Source: Pseudomonas aeruginosa | GTDB lineage: Bacteria > Pseudomonadota > Gammaproteobacteria > Pseudomonadales > Pseudomonadaceae | Direction: 5' to 3' | Assembly: GCF_001457615.1 (NCBI RefSeq) | Contig: NZ_LN831024.1 | Coordinates: 1,530,001-1,562,000, forward strand | Length of the DNA: 32,000 nt | Shown here: positions 1-6,717 of the stretch, piece by piece | How positions within the stretch are numbered: the first letter of the stretch is position 1 | Layout: each line of letters starts with the position of its first letter | Notes under the pieces: generated by a model | Told to the model about the DNA's origin: nothing | Seen by the model: the letters and a program-made list of their open reading frames with translations, nothing else | The model's database searches: none | Made by a program: the position numbers and the translations under genes

Positions 1-346
1 GGATCACCGAGCGATAGACCATGGCAGTGGTCAGGGCGTCGATGCGGAAACTGGTGACCATCAGGAACACGTGCGACGGGTCGGCCGCGCTGCCCAACTG
101 GCGCACGCGCCGGCGGTAGTACGGGTAGACCACGTGGAGGAACAGCATGCCGCGCAGGAAGTGCACGCCGCCCATGGAGTAGCGCCAGATGCCGACGGCG
201 CCGATAAGCAGGATGAAATCCTTGGAGTCGGCGTCGAACACGGTCTTCGGCACTGCCAGCGCGAGCACCATCAGCAGGCTGAGGAACACCAGCCAGCCGG
301 TGGCTTCGGCGAGGCCACGTTTGTAAGTTTCCATCATCAGTTCCAT
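1..346 (-). CDS. alg8: Alginate polymerase/glycosyltransferase Alg8, N-terminal part (gene continues beyond the left edge)
   Basis: The minus-strand frame is open from the window edge to the ATG at 346-344 (in-frame ATGs also at 337 and 334), with an in-frame stop upstream at 394-392. Own translation: [77 protein letters not shown]... (membrane-protein-like). It sits directly downstream of algD, as in the alg operon. It is absent from the ORF track because it is truncated. Confidence 0.8.
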
Positions 347-477
347 CGGGCTGGGGACCTTGGCCTCGACGCCGGCGTGCGCTTGTTGTTGTTATGGCGC
401 ACGCCGCGGAGACGGCCTTCGGTCCGAGGGCGATAAAGAGGTTCTTTACCGGCTCACGGGGCCAGGGGGGCGGCCCG

Positions 478-1788
478 CTACCAGCAGATGCCCTCGGCCT
501 GGGCAGTGGTGGTGTGCGGCATGAAGCCCACCAGGTCGACCAGCTTCTTGCCGCTCGGGGTCTTGTTCACCAGGTCGACGAACAGCTCGTCGCCATTGCC
601 CAGCACCAGCACATCGGAACTCGCCACCACTTCGTCGAGGTCGGAGACCAGCAGTGAGGAGACGTGCGGGATCTTCGACTCGATGTATTCCTTGTTGGCC
701 CCGTGGACACGCGCGTATTCGACGTTGCGGTCGAAGATGCGCAACTCGTAGCCCTTGCCGATGAGCATCTCGGCCAGCTCCACCAGCGGGCTTTCGCGCA
801 AATCGTCGGTGCCGGCCTTGAACGACAGGCCGAGCAGGCCGACCTTGCGGGTGTCGTGGCTGGTGATGAGATCGAAGGCCTTCTGCACCTGGTTGGAGTT
901 GCTGCGCATCAACGAACCGAGCATCGGGTGCTCGACGTCCAGCTGGCTGGCGCGATAGGTGAGGGCGCGTACATCCTTGGGCAGGCAGGAGCCGCCGAAG
1001 GCGAAGCCGGGACGCATGTAGTAGCGCGACAGGTTGAGCTTGTGGTCCTGGCAGATCACGTCCATCACCTCGCGGCCGTCGACGCCGACCGCCTTGGCGA
1101 TGTTGCCGATCTCGTTGGCGAAGGTGACCTTGGCGGCGTGCCAGACGTTGCAGGTGTACTTGATCATCTCGGCGACCTCGACGGTCTTGCGGATGATCGG
1201 CGCGTCCAGCTCGCGGTAGATTTCCTCGAGAAGGTCGCCGGTCTGCTTGTCCAGTTCGCCGATCACGGTCATCGGCGGGAAGTCGTAGTCCTTGATCGCG
1301 GTGCTCTCGCGGAGGAATTCGGGGTTGGTGCCGACGCCGAAGTCGACCCCGGCCTTCTTGCCCGAGCAGTCCTCGATCAGCGGGATCACCACGTTGTTGA
1401 CGGTGCCCGGCAGTACGGTGCTGCGCACCACCACGGTGTGGCGTTCGGACTTCTCGCGGATGGCGAAGCCGATCTCGCGGCAGACGGTCTCGATGTAGCC
1501 CAGGTCCAGGTCGCCGTTCTTCTTGCTCGGCGTGCCGACGCAGATGAACGATACGTCGGAGTCCAGCACGGCCTTCTTGAAGTCGGTGGTGCCCGACAGC
1601 CGTCCGGTCTGCCGGCCTTGCTGCAACAACGCTTCCAGGCCCGGTTCGACGATGGGCGACTTGCCCTGGTTGATCAGGTCGATCTTGGTGCTGGAGACAT
1701 CCACACCAATGACTTCATGACCGCGTGCCGACAGGCAGCCAGCACATACTGCACCGACATAGCCCAAACCAAAGATGCTGATTCGCAT
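478..1788 (-). CDS. algD: GDP-mannose 6-dehydrogenase
   Basis: ORF 478..1797; I place the start at the ATG at 1788 (MRISIFGLGYVGAVCAG Rossmann motif), preceded by GAGGTGA 7 nt upstream. The 1797 start in the track is a GTG. Catalytic-Cys motif GGSCLPKD is present. The whole sequence is recognisable as P. aeruginosa AlgD. Confidence 0.97.
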   Translation of the reverse strand: MRISIFGLGYVGAVCAGCLSARGHEVIGVDVSSTKIDLINQGKSPIVEPGLEALLQQGRQTGRLSGTTDFKKAVLDSDVSFICVGTPSKKNGDLDLGYIETVCREIGFAIREKSERHTVVVRSTVLPGTVNNVVIPLIEDCSGKKAGVDFGVGTNPEFLRESTAIKDYDFPPMTVIGELDKQTGDLLEEIYRELDAPIIRKTVEVAEMIKYTCNVWHAAKVTFANEIGNIAKAVGVDGREVMDVICQDHKLNLSRYYMRPGFAFGGSCLPKDVRALTYRASQLDVEHPMLGSLMRSNSNQVQKAFDLITSHDTRKVGLLGLSFKAGTDDLRESPLVELAEMLIGKGYELRIFDRNVEYARVHGANKEYIESKIPHVSSLLVSDLDEVVASSDVLVLGNGDELFVDLVNKTPSGKKLVDLVGFMPHTTTAQAEGICW

Positions 1789-2160
1789 CGCATTCACCTC
1801 GATTGTTTGTCGCGCCGTTAATGAGGTGGCCGTATGGCCACTTCCCTATCTGGCGAGCCGTTACTACGAGCCCCGATCCAGGGCCCTTGATCCGCCTTCA
1901 GGCAGTTTCGAATAGAGTGCTTAGTTGTTCGGCACTCTAATAGGGCAAGTTATAAGTTCATGCCCTTTAATGTTTCAGGTGGGTTTCAATAACGGTGCAT
2001 AACCCGACCTTGGATGCTTCGTTTTAGTTCGGTCCATAGAATTCAAGTTTCTAAAGGCCTTTAATTTCAACAGGTTGAGTTTGTCCCTCGGAGCGGAATC
2101 CGATTATTCGAGACGGTTTCAAGTTGCTCTGCCCATAACTATCGATAGGCATCGCGGTGA

Positions 2161-2188
2161 TAGGATGTTTTCTCTGCGAGGGAAGTTC
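2161..2188 (-). promoter_or_regulatory. AlgU/AlgT (sigma-22, RpoE-type) promoter of algD
   Basis: The minus strand reads GGAACTTCCCTCGCAGAGAAAACATCCTATCACCGCG. This gives -35 GAACTT (2188-2183), a 17-nt spacer and -10 TCCTA (2165-2161). It matches my memory of the published algD promoter, and it implies a leader of about 365 nt to the ATG at 1788. Confidence 0.85.
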
Positions 2189-2191
2189 CGG

Positions 2192-2200
2192 CCGTTTGTC
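2192..2200 (+). promoter_or_regulatory. AlgR core box (RB3-like), inverted relative to the far-upstream boxes
   Basis: CCGTTTGTC on the plus strand, immediately upstream of the -35 (about -40 to -48). This matches the known promoter-proximal, inverted RB3 site. Confidence 0.7.
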
Positions 2201-2540
2201 CCGCTCGCGAAATATTTGGAAATATCCGTTTGATATCACTTGATACCAACTTGATGGCCTTTCCGTTAAATGCCTGCCAATGGCCACTAGTTGCAGAATG
2301 CATGGCGGCTGAAAGTTCCGCGTCACCGGAATGAAACAGAAGCCGCTTTTACCGCCTTAAGCAAACCTTAAGGATTCCTTAATCTTCGACCCATGCACTT
2401 TGCAATCGTAATTTGCATGTAATGGCGGGAGGCTGGTAATGGCCAATGGATTACGCCGGAGATGGCATTTCCGCCTCGAATTGGGAAAAAGCAGGTGGGC
2501 TGGGTGTGAAAAAATGTGATGCAGTTCCGCATGACTTGCA

Positions 2541-2549
2541 GACGAACGG
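2541..2549 (-). promoter_or_regulatory. AlgR core box (RB2-like)
   Basis: Plus-strand GACGAACGG equals minus-strand CCGTTCGTC, an exact match to the AlgR core. It lies about 390 nt upstream of the inferred algD TSS. Confidence 0.7.
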
Positions 2550-2612
2550 TTGAGTAGGCCTATTCGCCACAAGGGCTTTTCCGGGGAGAAAGACGGCGCA
2601 GAGCCTCGGAGG

Positions 2613-2621
2613 GACGAACGC
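2613..2621 (-). promoter_or_regulatory. AlgR core box (RB1-like)
   Basis: Plus-strand GACGAACGC equals minus-strand GCGTTCGTC (8/9 to CCGTTCGTC). It lies about 460-470 nt upstream of the inferred algD TSS, the expected RB1 position. Confidence 0.55.
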
Positions 2622-2658
2622 TCCAGCGCCAGGAGGCGTCGGCGTGCCGAAAGAGGAG

Positions 2659-2681
2659 CGGCCCGCCAGGACGGCGGGCCG
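2659..2681 (-). terminator. Hairpin downstream of yaaA (candidate terminator)
   Basis: Perfect 9-bp stem CGGCCCGCC / GGCGGGCCG with a 5-nt loop, 7 nt after the yaaA stop. On the minus strand it is followed by CTCCTCTTTC. Confidence 0.45.
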
Positions 2682-2687
2682 GGGAGA

Positions 2688-3467
2688 TCAGTCTTGCGGG
2701 GCGTCCCTGAGGAATACCAGCTGATCCGGGCCGGACTGCTCGGCGCTGAAGTAATAGCCGTGGGCATTGAAGTCCTTCAGCCCGGCCGGGTCGCGCAGGC
2801 GCTCGCGGATCACGTAGCGAGCCATCATGCCGCGAGCCTTCTTGGCGTAGAAGCTGATGATCTTGTACTGGCCGTTCTTCAGGTCCTTGAACTCGGTGTC
2901 GATGACCCGCGCTTGCAGCGCCTTGCGCTTCACCGCGCTGAAGTACTCGTTGGAGGCCAGGTTGAGCAGCACGTCGTCGCCCTGGGCGGCCAGCGCTTCG
3001 TTCAGCCACTGGCTGATACGCTCGCCCCAGAAGGCGTAGAGATCCTTGCCACGGGCGTTGGCCAGGCGGGTGCCCATTTCCAGTCGATAGGGCTGCATGA
3101 GGTCGAGCGGGCGCAGCACGCCGTAGAGACCGGAGAGCATGCGCAGGTGATCCTGGGCGAAGGCGAAATCGTCCTCGCCGAAGTCTTCCGCGTTGAGGCC
3201 GGTGTAGACATCGCCCTTGAAGGCGAGCAACGCCTGCTTGGCGTTCTCCGGGGTGAACTCCGGATGCCAGCTGGCGTAGCGAGCGGCATTCAGGCCGGCG
3301 AGCTTGTCGGAAAGCTTCATCAGTTCGCTGATCTGCAGTGGCGTGAGCTGGCGCAGTTGCTGGATCAGTTCCTGGGCGTGGTCCAGGTATTGCGGCTGGG
3401 TGAAGCGGTGGGTGACCGGCGGGGTCTCGTAGTCCAGGGTCTTGGCGGGGGAAATCACCATCAGCAT
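2688..3467 (-). CDS. yaaA: YaaA-family (DUF328) peroxide-stress protein
   Basis: 259-aa ORF starting [17 protein letters not shown], closely parallel to the E. coli YaaA N-terminus ([13 protein letters not shown]...). Confidence 0.9.
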   Translation of the reverse strand: MLMVISPAKTLDYETPPVTHRFTQPQYLDHAQELIQQLRQLTPLQISELMKLSDKLAGLNAARYASWHPEFTPENAKQALLAFKGDVYTGLNAEDFGEDDFAFAQDHLRMLSGLYGVLRPLDLMQPYRLEMGTRLANARGKDLYAFWGERISQWLNEALAAQGDDVLLNLASNEYFSAVKRKALQARVIDTEFKDLKNGQYKIISFYAKKARGMMARYVIRERLRDPAGLKDFNAHGYYFSAEQSGPDQLVFLRDAPQD

Positions 3468-3541
3468 CGTTCAGGCTCCTCGAATCGTCGGGCGATTGTA
3501 GGGGCTGGAGACGTCCGGCTCCACCTATGCGGTCGATAGGG

Positions 3542-3567
3542 AAAGGCGCCGCCGACCGAACGGCGCC
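3542..3567 (-). terminator. Hairpin downstream of the ABC ATPase gene (candidate terminator)
   Basis: Stem GGCGCCG / CGGCGCC (7 bp, 9-nt loop), 7 nt after the stop. On the minus strand it is followed by TTTCCC. Confidence 0.4.
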
Positions 3568-3573
3568 GAGGTA

Positions 3574-4656
3574 TCAGGCCTGGACGGGAGCGAGGTGCGC
3601 GGCGACGCTGCCCCGGGCGGCGAACACCACCAGGTGGTCGGCGGCGACGCGGATACCGACGTCATCGCCCGGCTGGTGGTCGGCATGGCTGGGGAAGATC
3701 GATTCCAGCTGGGTACCGGTGGGCAATTGCAGGCGGTACAGGGTGGCGGCGCCGAGGAAGGTCTTGCCGACGATCCGCGCCTTCAGCTCGCCCTGCGGCG
3801 CGTGCACTAGGTCGTCCGGGCGCAGCAGGACGTCTACCGCGCTGCCGGAAGGCAGGCTGTAGGCGCGATTGCCGCGGATCACGCCGAGTTCGGTCTGCAC
3901 CGTATCGGGGCTGAGCAACTGGCCGCGAATGAAGTAGCCCTGGCCGACGAAGCTGGCGACGAAGGGCGTCAGCGGCTCGTGGTAGAGGTTGTAGGGAGTG
4001 TCCCACTGTTCCAGGTGACCTTCCTTGAACACGCCGATGTGGTCGCAGACGGCGAAGGCTTCTTCCTGGTCGTGGGTCACCAGGATCGCGCTGGTGCCGC
4101 GTGCCTTGAGGATCTCGCGAACCTCCTGGCTGAGGCTGCGGCGCAGTTCCACGTCGAGGTTGGAGAAGGGTTCGTCGAGCAGCAGCAACAGCGGTTCGGG
4201 CGCCAGCGCGCGGGCCAGGGCCACCCGTTGTTGCTGGCCGCCGGAGAGTTCGTGGGGGTGGCGCGCGGCGAGGTGGTCGAGCTTGACCAGCTCCAGAAGC
4301 TCGCGCACCAGGCGTTCGCGTTGTGGATGCTTGCGGATGCCGAAGCCGACATTGTCGGCCACGCTGAGATGGGGGAACAGCGCGTAGTCCTGGAACACCA
4401 TGCCGATCCGGCGTTTCTCCGGCGCCAGGGTGAAGCCGGGACGCGAGATGACTTCGCCGCCCAGCTCGATCTGCCCGGCCAGCACCGGTTCGAAGCCGGC
4501 GATGGCGCGCAGGGTGGTGGTCTTGCCGCATCCCGAAGGACCCAGCAGGCAGCCGATGTCTCCGGCATTGAGGTGCAGGTCGAGGTCCTGCACCACTTTC
4601 TGCGAGGCGTAGCCGCAGGCGAGATCTTTCAGGTTCAGCAGCAGGTCGTGGCTCAT
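3574..4656 (-). CDS. ABC transporter ATP-binding subunit (importer-type, FbpC/PotA/CysA-like with a C-terminal regulatory domain)
   Basis: 360-aa ORF with Walker A GPSGCGKTT, ABC signature LSGGQQQRVALARAL and Walker B LLLLDEPFSNLD. About 120 aa of C-terminal extension follow the ATPase core. No permease or binding-protein gene is adjacent. Confidence 0.9.
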   Translation of the reverse strand: MSHDLLLNLKDLACGYASQKVVQDLDLHLNAGDIGCLLGPSGCGKTTTLRAIAGFEPVLAGQIELGGEVISRPGFTLAPEKRRIGMVFQDYALFPHLSVADNVGFGIRKHPQRERLVRELLELVKLDHLAARHPHELSGGQQQRVALARALAPEPLLLLLDEPFSNLDVELRRSLSQEVREILKARGTSAILVTHDQEEAFAVCDHIGVFKEGHLEQWDTPYNLYHEPLTPFVASFVGQGYFIRGQLLSPDTVQTELGVIRGNRAYSLPSGSAVDVLLRPDDLVHAPQGELKARIVGKTFLGAATLYRLQLPTGTQLESIFPSHADHQPGDDVGIRVAADHLVVFAARGSVAAHLAPVQA

Positions 4657-4660
4657 GGGC

Positions 4661-5578
4661 TCAGGCGTAATGGGCGTGTTCGATCAGCAATTCGAGGAGG
4701 GCCTTCTGCGCGTGCAGACGGTTCTCTGCCTGGTCCCAGGCTACCGAGCGCGGGTCGTCCAGCAACTCTTCGCTGATTTCCTCGCCGCGGTGGGCCGGCA
4801 GGCAGTGCATGAATAGTACATCGTCGGCGGCCCCATCGAGCAACGCGGCGTTCACCTGGTAGGGACGGAACAGGGCGATGCGCGCGGCGGCTTCGTCTTC
4901 CTGGCCCATCGAGGCCCACACGTCGGTGCTCACCAGGTGCGCGCCGGCCACCGCCTCGCGCGGGTCGCGGACGACGCGCAGGCGGTCGCCGGCAAGGGCG
5001 ACGAACTCGGCCTTCGGCTCGTAGCCCTCGGGGCAGGCCACGCGCAGCTGGAAGTCGAACTTCAGCGCCGCTTCTATATAGCTGTTGCACATGTTGTTGC
5101 CGTCGCCGATCCAGGCCACGGTCTTGCCCTGGATGCTGCCGCGGTGCTCGTGGAAGGTCTGCATGTCGGCGAGCAACTGGCAGGGGTGCAGGTCGTCGGA
5201 CAGGCCGTTGATCACCGGCACCTTCGAGTGCGCGGCGAATTCCGTCAGGGTGGCGTGGGCGAAGGTGCGGATCATCACGCCGTCGAGCATCCGCGACATG
5301 ACCCGGGCGCTGTCGCCGATCGGCTCGCCGCGGCCGAGCTGGGTGTCGCGCGGGGAGAGGAAGATCGCCTGGCCGCCGAGCTGGATCATCCCGGCTTCGA
5401 AGGACAGGCGGGTACGGGTCGAAGCCTTCTCGAAGACCATGCCCAGGACCCGGCTCTTCAGCGGCTCGTAGAGCACGCCTCGGTTGCGCAGGTCCTTCAG
5501 CTCGCTGCCGCGGCGGATCAGACCGATCAGCTCTTCGGGGCTGTAATCCATAAACGAGAGAAAGTGCCGTACGCTCAT
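4661..5578 (-). CDS. argF: Ornithine carbamoyltransferase (anabolic)
   Basis: 305-aa ORF with the carbamoyl-phosphate motif STRTR, plus HPCQ and HCLP motifs. Recognisable as P. aeruginosa ArgF. Confidence 0.96.
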   Translation of the reverse strand: MSVRHFLSFMDYSPEELIGLIRRGSELKDLRNRGVLYEPLKSRVLGMVFEKASTRTRLSFEAGMIQLGGQAIFLSPRDTQLGRGEPIGDSARVMSRMLDGVMIRTFAHATLTEFAAHSKVPVINGLSDDLHPCQLLADMQTFHEHRGSIQGKTVAWIGDGNNMCNSYIEAALKFDFQLRVACPEGYEPKAEFVALAGDRLRVVRDPREAVAGAHLVSTDVWASMGQEDEAAARIALFRPYQVNAALLDGAADDVLFMHCLPAHRGEEISEELLDDPRSVAWDQAENRLHAQKALLELLIEHAHYA

Positions 5579-5686
5579 CGCTGACTACCTTTTATTTTTA
5601 CTGCTGGCCGAGGCACTGGCCGGCTTTCGCGAGAGAAAACGGGACTGGACCTGCGGCGGGACCGCAACGTGCGGGAAAATAGGGGA

Positions 5687-5728
5687 AGGCGCGATCTTAT
5701 AAGGAAATGTCGCGGAAACACAAGGAGG
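5687..5728 (+). promoter_or_regulatory. Candidate ArgR operator (two tandem 21-bp half-sites) upstream of argF
   Basis: aGgCGC-gatcttat-AA-ggaaa-TGTCGC-ggaaacac-AA-ggagg fits the P. aeruginosa ArgR pattern TGTCGC-N8-AA-N5 repeated in tandem. The second half-site is exact and the first is 4/6. It lies 110-150 bp upstream of the argF ATG. Confidence 0.4.
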
Positions 5729-5892
5729 GGCTTGGAAGGCGCGGGTTACGGGGTTTTTCCCGGGTCTTCGCGGTTGTCCCGCCGCCAAAGTCCCGCCTCG
5801 TCGATCTATCGGTTGGGCGGGGCGACGCTTTATGCTGTGTGCGCCCGAATGCCTTCATGGAGGAGGCGGGTTTCGGACCAGGGAGGTCGAAC

Positions 5893-6324
5893 ATGCACAC
5901 GGGAGAAACACTCGCCGCCGCGCCGCCGGCACGGCCATTGCGCCAATCGCGGCTGGGCGGCCTGTCGCTGTTCCTCGCCCTGGTCGGGGTCGCCATCGCG
6001 CTGGCGGTGATGGCGCTGGCGCTCGGCGAGCGGATCGACCTCAGCGACGAGAACCATCTGCTCGGCCTGTTCGCCGCCTTGCTGGCGGTCTTCGCGGTAT
6101 CGACCTGCGGCCTGGTGCTGGGCCTGGCCGGCCTGCTCAGGCGCAGCCGCAAGCGTCACCTGGCCCTGGCCGGCATCGTCCTCAACCTGTCGTGCCTGCT
6201 CTGGGGCTGGCATGCGCTGAGCACGGCGGCGGCCGCGATCCTGATGGTCCTGGGGCAAACCGGGTTGTCGTTCCTCAGCGCCCTGGCGGTGCTGTTCGGC
6301 ATGATCTTCTTCCGCCAGGCCTGA
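5893..6324 (+). CDS. Small hypothetical inner-membrane protein (about 4 predicted TM helices)
   Basis: The ORF is open from 5707. I prefer the ATG at 5893, preceded by GGGAGG 6 nt upstream (MHTGETLAAAPP...); the alternative ATGs are at 5707 and 5857. It has hydrophobic stretches LSLFLALVGVAIALAVMALAL, LLGLFAALLAVFAVSTCGLVLGLAGLL, LALAGIVLNLSCLLWGW and LSFLSALAVLFGMIFF. No family recognised. Confidence 0.6.
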   Translation: MHTGETLAAAPPARPLRQSRLGGLSLFLALVGVAIALAVMALALGERIDLSDENHLLGLFAALLAVFAVSTCGLVLGLAGLLRRSRKRHLALAGIVLNLSCLLWGWHALSTAAAAILMVLGQTGLSFLSALAVLFGMIFFRQA

Positions 6325-6468
6325 CCCGTTCAGCGACTGTGCGCAGGCAGCCTGGGCGCCCGCCGTTCGGCCGCTCGTTCATCGGATTGCCGGATTGCGG
6401 CCATTCGTCGCGGATTTGCAGGGGGAGGGGCTCAGCCGGGGAAGGAGGGTGCGAGAGGAGCAAAAGGT

Positions 6469-6498
6469 GAGCCCCGGAGGTGCGGATCTCCGGGGCTC
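6469..6498. terminator. Strong hairpin between the convergent membrane-protein gene and eprS
   Basis: Perfect 11-bp stem GAGCCCCGGAG / CTCCGGGGCTC with an 8-nt loop. On the minus strand it is followed by ACCTTTTG; there is no U-tract on the plus strand. Confidence 0.4.
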
Positions 6499-6717
6499 GT
6501 GCGGCACGGTGGTGCGGGCACCGGGTCGCGATCAGCGCTGGAAGGGATAGTACAGCGCTGGATGGACAGTATAGCGCTATGCATTTCGCATGAATCCTTT
6601 AGTTAGGTCTTTTTCTCATATTTGCAGCGGTTTCGTGACCGAGGGCAATGAAGTGGCTTTTTCCCCTTGCCGCCCGCCGGAACCCATCCAACGGCTGGAA
6701 TGCCCTCGTAACCGAAG

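Noticed and set aside
2051-2767. ORFs 2051..2326 and 2357..2767 (minus), and 2550..3539 (plus), in the algD upstream region.
   Set aside because: They cover the algD leader, the AlgU promoter and the AlgR boxes, or are antisense to yaaA. They have no RBS and no recognisable domains.
6533-6582. Possible CRISPR or minisatellite.
   Set aside because: There are only about 2.5 degenerate 20-bp units with no spacers and no cas genes. It is reported only as a low-interest tandem repeat.
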